Notes: generated from the sequence alone by a model not told the origin. Positions 27,320 to 38,748 are shown, counted from the first letter of the stretch. The stretch: DNA of 64,000 nt from a virus (IMGVR_UViG_3300038426_000029:17993-81992); one strand, 5' to 3'. Numbers and translations are program-made.

Positions 27320-30300
27320 CTATATACTTGAAAAGAGGCGTGTGAAGAAACCCGATAAGTAACCAAATATCCATCTGATCCAGTCGGACACAACGGAGTA
27401 TATAAACATAGCGAAACCTGTCAACACGTTTATGAGTCCGTACAATGTTTGGAAGTCATTAAGTGCAAGTGAAAGTAAACCTATACCCATTGTCTCCTGC
27501 CGAGAATCTAGGCTTTGTATCCAAACAATGAAGATAACAAATGGCATAAAGATTATCAAATTAGTACCACCAAAGAGGTTCCAAATGTTTCCTAAACCAA
27601 AACTGATACTACCTACAACATTACCGCCATAGGTTATAGCTGTACTAGTACCATTCAAAAGATTTATCATTATAGTAACAAGTGCAATTATAAAACTTCC
27701 CATTATTGAAATCCAAGTAAATAGGAACACTGCGAAGTTAAAGAACATCGTTCCCAACGTTGTAACAAATGACACCATCATAGTTATTGACGCCACGAAC
27801 CATATACCAATAGATGTTATCATAGCCCAAATAGCCACTACACCGCCACCAATACCAAAAAGGTTGAATACTGGCTGAAGTAATATGGTAAGTGGGCTTA
27901 GGCTTGGAACAAAGTTTGCAGTAACATAGACTGTTAATGTGGCGTTGTTTGCCGAAGGACCAGCAACAAATGGTAATAACATAAACAGTTTAAGATGATA
28001 TGTCTGATTGCCAGTGGCTAAGTAAGGAGTGAAAACAACCTGATATGTACCATTTACGATAGCAGGGTCTTGGGCAACTAAAGTCTTATTCCAAACCTCC
28101 ACTCTAGTAAATTGTGCATCTGGTGGTGAAACCATAACTGTATACAGATTAATGTTTGCAGGAGAAATTTCATAAAAAACACCACCTGTTATGGCTATCT
28201 GAACACCTAGAAAGACCTGTGGTGTTGTTGTCGTTATGGTTGCAACTAAATCGGATATAACATCACAATAGGCTGTTTGCATTTTAATTATGCCTGAAGA
28301 ACCAGCACCATTCACAGCCTCAAGATATAAGTCTAAATCAGCCGTAGTTGGGAAATTCCATTTTGTTTCAATCTTGAATGTTGCCGTTCCAAGTGTGCCT
28401 GATTTAGCCCAGACACAGTGTGCAGTGTCAAGATTTATTATTGTTGAGTTGGAAATTATTGACCAAACAGGAACAGTATTTAGGCTTGCACCATGAACCT
28501 TGAAATAAATCTGTGCCCCTTTCATAGCTGTAATATATATATCCGTGACATCATTGGGTGAATTTACTGTGGTTGTAGATGCTACAAAAGTGTAATACTT
28601 ATCCATGCTATAAATATTCCTGAACGTTGAAATTCCAGCACTCAAGTCTGGTACTACCAGATAATTTAGTGTTGGTTCATCACCTGTCAAAAGACCATTT
28701 ACTACAATTGTGTATGGTGGTCCAGCACCTGTCATCCAACCTACACCTGTTGGTGAGAAAGATTGATAAACAGATATTATCGGTGTTCCTGTTGTTATAC
28801 CAGAACTAGTAATACCTACTGTAACACCACTCCATGAAGATGTTGAATTTCTATATATATTGTAATATATTTTGTCCGTTACTGGATCATTCATCCAAAT
28901 AACAGAGATATCCTCATAGCTATTTCTTGAGATTGTTGGTGATGGTGCTGTACCCAAGGAAGTATATAGAATTGTTTCTGCTGTGATAGCCCCCATTTCA
29001 CCACTATAAAAATCTGAATCTATTTTGTTTGTCGATGTTGTATAAGCAATAAAAACATCATTATCTTTATTGACACAACTGAATGATGAGAATGATTTCA
29101 GAGAATATGAGGTTTGAGAAACAGTATTAAATACAGATGTTCTTAAACACAACATATAATTGCTAATTGAAGTTGCACTACTATCACTATCAAAACAAAC
29201 ATCAAATATACCTGTTGTAAAGATAAGTTTGGCACTCTTACCACCCACTGATGGAAGTAGATATGATATTGTACTCATAGTATTTATGTCTATTTTTGTC
29301 AATACTGGTGTTGTATAATTATATACAGTATATAGATATGTACCATCATTTACTATGGATGTTGGATTTGCATGATAACTAGGAAGAACAGACCAATTAG
29401 CTACGGTTAACATAAATGGTGTTATATTTATCTTTACGATCTTTGAATCTACACCAATGTATATGAAACTACCATATGCCGAACTACTATAAACATTCGC
29501 ACCATAACCTGCACCACTCCATGTGCCTGTGGTGGATAATGTTGTAGTATTCATCTGTATAGCCGCACAATTTGATGCTTGTGACATACTTATATAGACA
29601 TTACCATCTGCGGCATCATACATAATCGTGTTTGTACCTACATAAATATAGCTTGTCACATCCTTGGAATCATATGTCATAGTAGATTCGAGAATTTTCA
29701 CTACAACAAGATGATTAGTTGCCATATTTCTTGCTAATGCATACAAATATGTGCCATCTGAACACAAGCCAAGAGCATAATCAAGATTATAACTTGGGTC
29801 TGCTTTGTATGATTGTGCTGTTTTCATTGTTACCGCATTTACTTTAGTTATTACTAAGTTTCCGTATCCTTCACAGCCAATATATAAGAAACCAGCATCA
29901 TATACCAGTGTATTATTTGCGGGAAGTGTTGAATTATATTGCCAAACATCAACGGGGAAAAGACCATCTACGGTTAGTTTTTTAATGACTAATGGACTTT
30001 GATATAGTGATTCATAAAGGTACGTTCCATCACTAACTGCATTATTAAGTGAATTTTCCGTGTTGGTAGAATTAAATAAGACATTCTGAATTTCATAACC
30101 AGAATCAAGAAAACCATAAGAACTTGTACTTACCACAAAACTTGTGACAGACTTCCCACCAACAAAGGATACTGGTGATGTTAATTGCTTATCTTTAGCA
30201 ACATTTATAATAGTTTTGGTTGATGTGTGATCACCATATACAACCGTACAGTTGAGTTGTAATGTATGAGATGGGTCTGTTTGATATGTAATACCAATAT

Positions 30301-31570
30301 TATTTAGTTCTGTTGAACTTAGCGGTGATGTAAAATTGTAATATATAATATCTCTTCCTGTTATTGGGTCTGTGGTATAATACCAGCTATTAACATACGA
30401 GTGCCAAACAAATATTGCAGGTAGAGTTTTTATATAATTTAGTGTGCCAACACCACCATAGTAATCATCCCCACCATATCTATCATGTGATGCTATACCA
30501 TCAACATAATATTCTAAGTCTGAACTAAAGTTTTCCCACATGGTAGCATCATTATAAGTGATCTTGGTTATCACTTTTGCATTTGAAATACCATGTTCCG
30601 CATTATATTTGTAAATAGCACCTAAAACATCACCATTAAGTGGCACTTGTATTGTGAGAGTTGTACCATCAGAATAATAAATTATAAATGTTCCATAAAC
30701 AGGTCCACTACCAGTAGAATACATGGTGGCTGATGCTGTAAAGGTACTTATGCTATTCAACTGGATCAAACAATTTTCTGACTGAGAACTATATCCACTA
30801 TCAAAAACAATACTTGAAAGTGTCTTTATACCCTGTTCAAGAATTGAACCAAGTGGTTCTCCATCTAAACCATATGCAGAGTTAAAAGACTTAGTTTTTA
30901 GTGGTGTAGAATCGCTCCCATAAGCAACGATGACATGACCATCAACTGTTGGTGTTGGGCAAACACCATATTGTACAAAAGCAAGTGATCTCTCAAGTTC
31001 TATTGGCATAGGGTATCCAACTGTGCCATTGTCACGGTCACTTCTCATAACATATGCGGCTGTATATGTAGCATTTCCACCTATAACACCGTTTGAGTTA
31101 CAATAACCAATCCATAAATATCCAGCAGTATCTATGCAAACTGATGGTGCTGTTACATAGTAATTATTTGTTTTTATTTTTGTCTCAGAGATTAACCAAA
31201 CAATACTACCATTCGTTTGTGTTATTCCATAACGATAGTATAATACACCTGCGGTGGTCACACGTACATAAGCAACATACGGACCATTAGAAAACACAGA
31301 AAATAGATTACCAGAAGCAACACCTGTCACAGCAGTATAAATTGTGTTAAATGTGATATAGTCTGGTGTGGATGTCCATTTCATGTCTATGCCATCTGAA
31401 TAGAAGTACCAAGTCAGACCTGAAGCATTAAAAGTGTGTCTTTGGAAGTTATATCCAAAAGCCGTTGGTGATGTTGTTGTGATTGATGGGGTAGAGTGTG
31501 CAATCTGTTGTGGCATAATAAATGCACTCATAATGAAAATGAGTAACACAACTAAAGATTTAAACTTCAT
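27320..31570 (-). CDS. Large secreted/membrane-anchored beta-rich protein (candidate spike/adhesin)
   Basis: N-terminal signal peptide, repeated DGTYLY propeller-like blades, T/S-rich, C-terminal TM helices. Confidence 0.75.
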   Translation of the reverse strand: MKFKSLVVLLIFIMSAFIMPQQIAHSTPSITTTSPTAFGYNFQRHTFNASGLTWYFYSDGIDMKWTSTPDYITFNTIYTAVTGVASGNLFSVFSNGPYVAYVRVTTAGVLYYRYGITQTNGSIVWLISETKIKTNNYYVTAPSVCIDTAGYLWIGYCNSNGVIGGNATYTAAYVMRSDRDNGTVGYPMPIELERSLAFVQYGVCPTPTVDGHVIVAYGSDSTPLKTKSFNSAYGLDGEPLGSILEQGIKTLSSIVFDSGYSSQSENCLIQLNSISTFTASATMYSTGSGPVYGTFIIYYSDGTTLTIQVPLNGDVLGAIYKYNAEHGISNAKVITKITYNDATMWENFSSDLEYYVDGIASHDRYGGDDYYGGVGTLNYIKTLPAIFVWHSYVNSWYYTTDPITGRDIIYYNFTSPLSSTELNNIGITYQTDPSHTLQLNCTVVYGDHTSTKTIINVAKDKQLTSPVSFVGGKSVTSFVVSTSSYGFLDSGYEIQNVLFNSTNTENSLNNAVSDGTYLYESLYQSPLVIKKLTVDGLFPVDVWQYNSTLPANNTLVYDAGFLYIGCEGYGNLVITKVNAVTMKTAQSYKADPSYNLDYALGLCSDGTYLYALARNMATNHLVVVKILESTMTYDSKDVTSYIYVGTNTIMYDAADGNVYISMSQASNCAAIQMNTTTLSTTGTWSGAGYGANVYSSSAYGSFIYIGVDSKIVKINITPFMLTVANWSVLPSYHANPTSIVNDGTYLYTVYNYTTPVLTKIDINTMSTISYLLPSVGGKSAKLIFTTGIFDVCFDSDSSATSISNYMLCLRTSVFNTVSQTSYSLKSFSSFSCVNKDNDVFIAYTTSTNKIDSDFYSGEMGAITAETILYTSLGTAPSPTISRNSYEDISVIWMNDPVTDKIYYNIYRNSTSSWSGVTVGITSSGITTGTPIISVYQSFSPTGVGWMTGAGPPYTIVVNGLLTGDEPTLNYLVVPDLSAGISTFRNIYSMDKYYTFVASTTTVNSPNDVTDIYITAMKGAQIYFKVHGASLNTVPVWSIISNSTIINLDTAHCVWAKSGTLGTATFKIETKWNFPTTADLDLYLEAVNGAGSSGIIKMQTAYCDVISDLVATITTTTPQVFLGVQIAITGGVFYEISPANINLYTVMVSPPDAQFTRVEVWNKTLVAQDPAIVNGTYQVVFTPYLATGNQTYHLKLFMLLPFVAGPSANNATLTVYVTANFVPSLSPLTILLQPVFNLFGIGGGVVAIWAMITSIGIWFVASITMMVSFVTTLGTMFFNFAVFLFTWISIMGSFIIALVTIMINLLNGTSTAITYGGNVVGSISFGLGNIWNLFGGTNLIIFMPFVIFIVWIQSLDSRQETMGIGLLSLALNDFQTLYGLINVLTGFAMFIYSVVSDWIRWIFGYLSGFFTRLFSSI

Positions 31571-31829
31571 ATTATCTACCACAGGTTTAACGGTATGATC
31601 TGTATATTATTTACACTAAATATATATAAATGTTAGTATAAAAAACAACATTCAAAATACCACCTATATCATAGCTTTTTCACAACATTTTAAAAAGACA
31701 TATATAGATTATATTAAAAATATTTTTATGAAAAAACCATCAATAATAAGTAATATTGTTTACATATAAATGTTATTATAATATCTAGATAAATATATTT
31801 CTACTATTTACTAGTTTTATATAAGATAA

Positions 31830-32675
31830 TCACACCATCCAACGATAAAATTTATGCCAATTAACTAAGTCTCTAATATCAATAGGTTTTAGTTCCATTT
31901 TCATTTTTGGGACTTGCAACACTATTGGATATTTGATCATAAGATTGCATAGTTTCTGTGTAGAACAATCCCCAACCTCAACTAGAATGATATCATTACC
32001 CTTCTTGGCATAGATGTCGGGTACATAATTATATTTATCTATTCTAACAAATCTCTCTCCCGTTGTAGTCCAACTCTGTACTGCCCACCCTAATCTCTCC
32101 AATTGATTACTAATGAGTGATATCGTAACCAAATGAGATGTTTTTCCACCTCTATTATGTTTTTCTTTTAATGGTGCTTTTTCTCTCATTTTTTCTCTTG
32201 ATGCCTCTGATTGGTGTTTTCCCTTCATAGGAGAAGGTCTACCCTTATTTGCCACACTTAATTTTATTTTTGTTGCCTCTGATGGATGTTTACCATAATT
32301 AGGACATAACACACCTATCTTGCCTTTTTGTGCGTTTCCGATTTTTATTCTTGTTGCTTCCGAGTGGTGTTTGCCAAACATTGGATTTTTATCACCAGTT
32401 CTACCAAACGCAGGGCATTTTTCACCTATCCTACCAAACATAGGGTTACTTTCACCTTTATGACCTTTTTTCATATTTGTCTCTTTAGAGTAATGTTTAC
32501 CTGAATTGGCACTACCAATTTTCACTTTGGTTTCTGGTGTGAGATGTTTACCATAATTAGGTGCTTTCTCACCTGTCCTACCCATACTTTTCTTGGTCTT
32601 ACTTATTTTTATTTTTGTTGCTTCTGAGAGATGTTGTTGTGGCATTTCATCAACATCAGAAAGTAACCATTCCAT
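31830..32675 (-). CDS. NUMOD3-repeat + PD-(D/E)xK-like putative homing endonuclease, copy 3
   Basis: PNYGKH..E.TK repeats; VPDIYA..ILVEVGDC. Confidence 0.75.
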   Translation of the reverse strand: MEWLLSDVDEMPQQHLSEATKIKISKTKKSMGRTGEKAPNYGKHLTPETKVKIGSANSGKHYSKETNMKKGHKGESNPMFGRIGEKCPAFGRTGDKNPMFGKHHSEATRIKIGNAQKGKIGVLCPNYGKHPSEATKIKLSVANKGRPSPMKGKHQSEASREKMREKAPLKEKHNRGGKTSHLVTISLISNQLERLGWAVQSWTTTGERFVRIDKYNYVPDIYAKKGNDIILVEVGDCSTQKLCNLMIKYPIVLQVPKMKMELKPIDIRDLVNWHKFYRWMV

Positions 32676-32702
32676 TTCAATCAATTAATAGATATAAAAC
32701 TA

Positions 32703-32719
32703 TTATATAAGGTTTGTGG
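32703..32719 (-). promoter_or_regulatory. BRE-TATA promoter (CCACAAA class)
   Basis: CCACAAACCTTATATAA upstream of endonuclease copy 3. Confidence 0.6.
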
Positions 32720-32721
32720 AT

Positions 32722-33072
32722 TTATTCTTTGTGTTTGGAAGGATCGTATTTTACATCTGAACGTAGCTTTCTATAGTATATATAATATCCATCTCCCTGT
32801 TTTTTACCACCATTATAACCAACCTTGTAAACAAAAGTTTTACCCTTAAAAATTCCTGTTCCACCCGATTTATTCTTTTCCAATAACCATTTTGGTATTT
32901 CATCTGGATATGAATTTGGCATACCATAAGTTCCTATTCTCTCCCAATGCGTTTTTAGATACTTTTCATTTTCTTTGTCTTCTTTTTCTTTTTGCCTAAT
33001 TGCTCTCTCTTTTGATTTCTCTTTTTGATTGATCTCTCTCGCTTTCATTTTCTGTTTCAGGCTTTCAAACAT
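32722..33072 (-). CDS. Hypothetical protein, charged helical N-terminus
   Basis: Own promoter AACCACAAACTTTAAATA at 33103-33120. Confidence 0.65.
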   Translation of the reverse strand: MFESLKQKMKAREINQKEKSKERAIRQKEKEDKENEKYLKTHWERIGTYGMPNSYPDEIPKWLLEKNKSGGTGIFKGKTFVYKVGYNGGKKQGDGYYIYYRKLRSDVKYDPSKHKE

Positions 33073-33308
33073 TTTGTATCATATAAAGATGTGCATCATA
33101 ACTATTTAAAGTTTGTGGTTTTTAATTACCTAAATAAGTATAATTCATTCGTAAACTCTGTAGATTTAAATGCATTTTATCAAATATAATATGAATAATT
33201 TTTAAACAGTTTCATAATCTATTTTATATAGAAAAGAACCGTTTTTATTTATTAATCACTAATTAGATAGTTAAATAATCATTTTATATATAAGTATTAT
33301 TATAAATT

Positions 33309-36300
33309 CTAAAATAATACATTCGTACTCTTCACATTTGGCATTTTTACTATACTAACCTGTTTTGGTATCTCTAATGATCCTCTCTTGTTCCATGTAT
33401 TTCCGAGTGCTTCTCTAAATGTACGTGCAGAAACTTCTTTTTCATTTTCGTTATCCATGAATGTATATGTCACTTTAAACTTTGATATGCTTTTTGATGG
33501 CTTATCCGCATAGTCTTTATCTGTTGGCTTTGCTGGTGCGGGAAGTTTCAAAGATGGATATTCTTTTTCTTCATATGACTGAGATGATGGTGAGGGTTCA
33601 CTTGGTTCTGATAATTCAGATATAGATGAAAGTTCACTTGGTTCTGATGTTTCTGACACAGATGAAATTTTACTTTGCTCAGAAATATTACTTACCTCAG
33701 ATATTGAGCTTATATCTGATGGTGATTTTGCTGATTCTACTGAACTTATATATTTCTCTACCTGATTTGAACTTACCTTTTCTGATGCAGATTCTATAGA
33801 ACTTATACTATCTTCTGATTGCACAGATTTAATAGAAGATGCTATTTTTGAACTAATTCTTTCAGATAGATTACTCTTCACAGACTCTGGTACAGAATTA
33901 TATATCTTAGAAACTTGCTCTGGACTAGAAATATCAACAAGTTTCTCTATTGTAGGTGCAGATAAAGCATTAATCGCAGAATCTAACTGTGTGGCTGATA
34001 GTTTCCCACTTGAAATAATAGTAGATAAATCATTTATTTGTGACGTTGATAATTTTATAGAGCCTGTGGTTGCTGAGATGCTATAATCGGTTGATAAAAC
34101 AGCATTGAGTGTTGGTATATACATTGTGTTTGCCTTAATACTAGAAGAACCCGAATCAAGATTCACAATTTTGCTAATTGCATCTTCTGTAACAGTACCT
34201 GCATTACCAATTGGTTGCATCATCTGTAGTGGGACAATTCTACCGTTTATATTGACCCACAACTGATCACCAACTTTTATGAATTTCTGCCCCGGTCCAA
34301 TGATTATTTGTGATTCCATCCCCTGTTCTGAGGGCATAACACCGACATACTGTCCTGATCTATCCAGTATATCCTGATAAAGTTTTCCTAAGTCTTTACG
34401 ATCCATCTTACTTATAAAATCTTCATTGGTAACATCATCAATTCCAATTGAGATTACGCTTGCCTTAGCAAATGGGTTGACAAAAGCACTTGGCAAAGCT
34501 ACCTCTTCTGCTTGTCCTATACCAGAAAATGCAGTACTCCAACTATGTGATGCCCAAAGTAATGGTGCATCTCCACCTGTAACACCGACTTTTGCTAGAC
34601 TTGCAACTAATTGTGGGTCTTGGGTTCCTGAATATACAATAACTTTCCCCTCCTGTTCCAGTTCAGGTGGTGTATAGTTCACACTTAGCATCTTGAAGTT
34701 TTCTGGTGTTGCTTTCATTCGTTGTTCTTCAAAGCCCGGATACTTAGCCCTGCCCTCTATAACATTTGCCTCTGCAACTTCATATGCACTTAGTGGTTGT
34801 CCTTTTGTTAGCTTCATTTGAATATAGTTAAAAGGTGTATCACTATATGAGAATCCTACTTGGAAACCTTTTATACCACCAAGGAAAGCAGAAGAATCTA
34901 CAGCAAATTGACCCAACCAATCTTCTGCCCCTTTTGTCTGTAGCACTTTTTCAAGTCTATCATATTCATATGCGGCAAGACCAGCCGTTCCTGCTATAGT
35001 AACCAGTGGCATTTGTGTAATTGCCGCTAATTGATTTAATGTATCCATCTCAGTAACACCAAGTGATAGTTTGTCCATACCAATTGTTATAGCATTTTTA
35101 AGTTGACCTGTAAGTGTTGGTGCTTTAGTTGTAATACTTTCAACCGTAAGAGGTATAACTTTTCCCTCTTCATCAGTCACTAATTGTGTAGCCTCATCAA
35201 TAATACCTAGTTTTGTTAAACCTGCTTTTATTGTAGAAAGAATACTTGATGGTAAACTTGCCCCTGTTGCTGTTGTTAATGCCATACCACCCCTTTCAGC
35301 CAAACCACCAATTGCGGGAATTTTAGCTACAAGTTTACCTGCCGCACCATAAGCAAAACCAAGAACAGCACCTTCAACCATAGATGTGAAGTATATTTCT
35401 GCACCCTCTGTAGCATATCCCATTGCCTTGCCAACAATTACCTTGTCTGGTGTAAGCCCTCTATCCTCTAAATCTTTATATGTAAAGGTTTCCTGTTCAG
35501 GAAGAACTTGGAATAAATAGTTTGATCCATCTGCCTTTCTTGGTAGTAAATTTAAGAATGGTGACAGTTGTTTTTCTGTAGCTTCTGCAATTATAGCCTC
35601 TGCCTGTAAAACTCCCTTGGGATTGTACTCACCATTTTGACCTTTTATTGCCGAAAATGCCGGATAAAGCATATCCAACGCAACTTTTAAATCATTTGAT
35701 TGTGCATACTCAGGTGCTTGTGATGCAAGTTGCCATAATTTATTGCTGAGAACATCTACATTCGCTTTAATTTGTGTCTCAGATAAACCTTCAATATATC
35801 TATGTAATTCATCAGGTGTCTTAAATTGCATCTCTGTTGCGTCTATTTTATTTGCTGTAGAACTCTTTGCACTTGTATCAAACTTCTGTATAGTAGAACC
35901 CTCTGCTGGACTTAAAATCAATGTGCTTGCGGCTTTTGTATTAATATCTACTATAAACTTTTGCATATCATCATAATTATTAAATATTTGTGTTTTTTTA
36001 ACCCCATTATCCGTGTAATTAAGTGTCCAAGAAGTCTTTGCTATAGATGCTGTTTGAAGTGATGATATAAGTTGTGTTTTCGACTTGGTATAAGTATCAA
36101 AGTTTTTCTTATATGTATCTAAGTCTGTTGGTGCTGTTGAAAGTGCCATTTTTAAATCATTCATATCTTTAATATATGCTTGTTTACCCGTTCCATTTTT
36201 GGTAGATTTATATGAAGAAAAATCATATTCATCCCATTTATGTAGTTTTACTATATCATTATATTGTGCTAGTGCATCATTTCCATCTTTAATAAAAGTT

Positions 36301-36791
36301 GTATATGATGCTACATTTTTATCATACTCAGCCGTATTAACTTTAAGAAGAGTTGTTTCTAATCCAGCCCTAATTTTTGGATCACTTCTACCAAATTCTG
36401 TTGGGGCGGCTTGTGGGCTATCTCCTATAGCAAGTGCTAAAGGATTTGATGTTAGTTTTAATCTACTTTGTTCAATCATATTCTGTGAATTGTCTATCTT
36501 TGCCATTATTGATGATACTGGTGGTATTACTTTTACTGGTGTTGAAGATATTACTGGTTTTATTGATGTTATTGATGTGTTGTGTACATTTACCCTATTT
36601 ATTGCATCAACATAATTTGATGGTACGATAGTTGCTTTTTGGGCTTGTATTGGTGTCGATACTATTACTGGTTTTGGTTGTATTCTAGTTTGTTCTATAA
36701 CATTTTGTTGAATTAATGCTTGTGATCTATTCAATTCTTGTGTACGTAATGCTTGTGCTTGTTGCTCTGATTGTTGATATTCTTCTGACAT
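33309..36791 (-). CDS. 1160-aa candidate virion protein (Q-rich start, A/G-rich hydrophobic middle, Ser/Glu/Pro-rich tail)
   Basis: Compositional zoning; SEPS-type repeats; lies in putative structural block. Confidence 0.7.
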   Translation of the reverse strand: MSEEYQQSEQQAQALRTQELNRSQALIQQNVIEQTRIQPKPVIVSTPIQAQKATIVPSNYVDAINRVNVHNTSITSIKPVISSTPVKVIPPVSSIMAKIDNSQNMIEQSRLKLTSNPLALAIGDSPQAAPTEFGRSDPKIRAGLETTLLKVNTAEYDKNVASYTTFIKDGNDALAQYNDIVKLHKWDEYDFSSYKSTKNGTGKQAYIKDMNDLKMALSTAPTDLDTYKKNFDTYTKSKTQLISSLQTASIAKTSWTLNYTDNGVKKTQIFNNYDDMQKFIVDINTKAASTLILSPAEGSTIQKFDTSAKSSTANKIDATEMQFKTPDELHRYIEGLSETQIKANVDVLSNKLWQLASQAPEYAQSNDLKVALDMLYPAFSAIKGQNGEYNPKGVLQAEAIIAEATEKQLSPFLNLLPRKADGSNYLFQVLPEQETFTYKDLEDRGLTPDKVIVGKAMGYATEGAEIYFTSMVEGAVLGFAYGAAGKLVAKIPAIGGLAERGGMALTTATGASLPSSILSTIKAGLTKLGIIDEATQLVTDEEGKVIPLTVESITTKAPTLTGQLKNAITIGMDKLSLGVTEMDTLNQLAAITQMPLVTIAGTAGLAAYEYDRLEKVLQTKGAEDWLGQFAVDSSAFLGGIKGFQVGFSYSDTPFNYIQMKLTKGQPLSAYEVAEANVIEGRAKYPGFEEQRMKATPENFKMLSVNYTPPELEQEGKVIVYSGTQDPQLVASLAKVGVTGGDAPLLWASHSWSTAFSGIGQAEEVALPSAFVNPFAKASVISIGIDDVTNEDFISKMDRKDLGKLYQDILDRSGQYVGVMPSEQGMESQIIIGPGQKFIKVGDQLWVNINGRIVPLQMMQPIGNAGTVTEDAISKIVNLDSGSSSIKANTMYIPTLNAVLSTDYSISATTGSIKLSTSQINDLSTIISSGKLSATQLDSAINALSAPTIEKLVDISSPEQVSKIYNSVPESVKSNLSERISSKIASSIKSVQSEDSISSIESASEKVSSNQVEKYISSVESAKSPSDISSISEVSNISEQSKISSVSETSEPSELSSISELSEPSEPSPSSQSYEEKEYPSLKLPAPAKPTDKDYADKPSKSISKFKVTYTFMDNENEKEVSARTFREALGNTWNKRGSLEIPKQVSIVKMPNVKSTNVLF

Positions 36792-36887
36792 ATATTAGTC
36801 ACTACCACCAAATTTAGAAATATGATATATATGATCTAGGATCGGTGTAATACCTACTACACATATATCATATATACGCATTTTTAA

Positions 36888-37031
36888 TTACTTCTTTACT
36901 TTCATTGCGTTCTTCTTTTGTGACGCAATTATCTTCTTTGCTATCTCTGGTGTTGTTGTTAGATAACCAATCGGTGTAACAACCGTGACCAACTTTGGCT
37001 TACTTGTAGCCGTTGCCTTATTCTTTACCAT
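36888..37031 (-). CDS. 47-aa basic protein (not in track)
   Basis: GGAGGTGA SD; MVKNKATATSKPKLVTVVTPIGYL... Confidence 0.55.
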   Translation of the reverse strand: MVKNKATATSKPKLVTVVTPIGYLTTTPEIAKKIIASQKKNAMKVKK

Positions 37032-37060
37032 TTTTACTTTTTCACCTCCGTAGTCTAAGG

Positions 37061-37366
37061 TTATACCTTACGTAGAGTAATACGTCTGATTTGCCTATCA
37101 GCATATCCTATACCAACTGGTAGTGCTGTCAAATAAGTTTTCTCCTTTAAAATAACCTCTTTAGTATTATCATCTGCATATTTTATAAGCATGTTGAATC
37201 CACCTTTATCTGTACCATTTACTTTTTTCCCTAGGACTTTTCCTGATAGCTTGGGTGTTTTTACTACTACTTTTGCCTCTCCACTACCTCTAAGATAATC
37301 ATTTACCACAGTGCCTGTTTGACGCTTATATCTGTGAACCGTGTGTTCAATTGGAGATTTTCTCAT
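37061..37366 (-). CDS. Small basic protein with SPxxHxVxxYxxxxG..RG motif
   Basis: N-terminus resembles 48015-48527. Confidence 0.65.
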   Translation of the reverse strand: MRKSPIEHTVHRYKRQTGTVVNDYLRGSGEAKVVVKTPKLSGKVLGKKVNGTDKGGFNMLIKYADDNTKEVILKEKTYLTALPVGIGYADRQIRRITLRKV

Positions 37367-37486
37367 TTTTCAGACACCTCAGACTACTCTATCATAATGT
37401 TCTGTTCGTTCTTATATAAATGTTATGATAAGATACTCATAGAAAGATATATATGTTGGTAATAGGCACATATGGTAGTGAATATC

Positions 37487-37645
37487 ATGCTAACGGATTA
37501 TATTTGCCCATACTGTGGCAATCCATCATTGAGTATGGAAGCCGTTAGAAAACATGTAAAAAAGAAGCACCCAGAAAATTTGGAAGATTTTAATAGGAAA
37601 TTTTATCCAGACATTTCTGATAAATTTAAAAAACCAAAAGCATAA
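37487..37645 (+). CDS. C2H2 zinc-finger protein (not in track)
   Basis: YICPYCG...RKHVKKKHPE; TATA at ~37447-37455. Confidence 0.7.
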   Translation: MLTDYICPYCGNPSLSMEAVRKHVKKKHPENLEDFNRKFYPDISDKFKKPKA

Positions 37646-37684
37646 TCTTTTTATACTCACCTCACACTTATATCTTTGATTATA

Positions 37685-37852
37685 ATGGCAAAGGGAATGA
37701 GCATTGACACACTTTACTTCATTGGTCTAATTTTTATTTCAATAGCTTCTGGTTTCAACGGTGGGCTTGACTCCCTCTTTTACACGTTTGGTACTGGTGT
37801 CTTTGGATATATTGCATTAAAAATAATAGCAAAATATCTTGGGTGGAAATGA
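37685..37852 (+). CDS. 55-aa 2-TM protein (not in track)
   Basis: MAKGMSIDTLYFIGLIFISIASG... Confidence 0.5.
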   Translation: MAKGMSIDTLYFIGLIFISIASGFNGGLDSLFYTFGTGVFGYIALKIIAKYLGWK

Positions 37853-37854
37853 AA

Positions 37855-38748
37855 TTACTTTTTTTCTAATATAGTTTGATTGTAGACATTAGTAAATATT
37901 TTCACACATTTGTTCATATTCATATAATTATTTATAAATGATATACCAGATGTATTAAGTTGTTTTACATTTTCTAGCTCTCTCATATGTTTATACACCA
38001 TGTCATAATCGGTGGCATATAAACAATTTGGAAATTTGTATGACCAGATCACATATCTTCCTCTAGCCAATGCCTCTTGAACCATTTTTGATAAAGCATC
38101 ATGTTTGGTTATTCTGAGAAGAACAGTTGTTCGAGAATATATTTCATCCATGTCCTCAACATTAACATGACCTAAATATTCAATATTTGGTGCTTTCAAC
38201 ACATCCCTCTTGCCAAGAATAATAAATTTATATGGCATTGAAACTAACCTTCTCACTATCTCAAGACCATAAAAATATTCTCTATTTCCAAAATATACAA
38301 GTGCTGTTGGTGTTTCTGGTAATGGACCTATCTTCTTTGCCCTAATATTCCATGATGGTATGGGAGCAAACTCAGCCACAACCCCCTTTTCTTTTAATTC
38401 ATTTACTAACCAAGGTGCATGAACAAGATTTTTATCTATTAATTTAGAACAAATTAACACTATTTTTTTATCCGAATCCATGACATCTGATCCAATCCAA
38501 TAAAACAATATTTTTTTACCAATAATCTTAAAAAATACAAATAAAAAAATCCAAAACATGCCCTCTATACCATTAAGTTTAGCAGACATAATTTGAACAA
38601 TATCTGCACTTAACAAATTCTTAATATTTTCTTTAATACCAGTACCTACAAAATTGAAACTCAAATTTGGAATATTACTTAATAATGAGGTTAAACCATA
38701 TTTTCTTCCTTTCGCTTTTGGATTACTGTATACCAATATTCTAATCAT
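37855..38748 (-). CDS. GT-B (GT4-like) glycosyltransferase
   Basis: LGHVNVEDM..IYSR..VLL..HDALSKMVQEALARG. Confidence 0.75.
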   Translation of the reverse strand: MIRILVYSNPKAKGRKYGLTSLLSNIPNLSFNFVGTGIKENIKNLLSADIVQIMSAKLNGIEGMFWIFLFVFFKIIGKKILFYWIGSDVMDSDKKIVLICSKLIDKNLVHAPWLVNELKEKGVVAEFAPIPSWNIRAKKIGPLPETPTALVYFGNREYFYGLEIVRRLVSMPYKFIILGKRDVLKAPNIEYLGHVNVEDMDEIYSRTTVLLRITKHDALSKMVQEALARGRYVIWSYKFPNCLYATDYDMVYKHMRELENVKQLNTSGISFINNYMNMNKCVKIFTNVYNQTILEKK

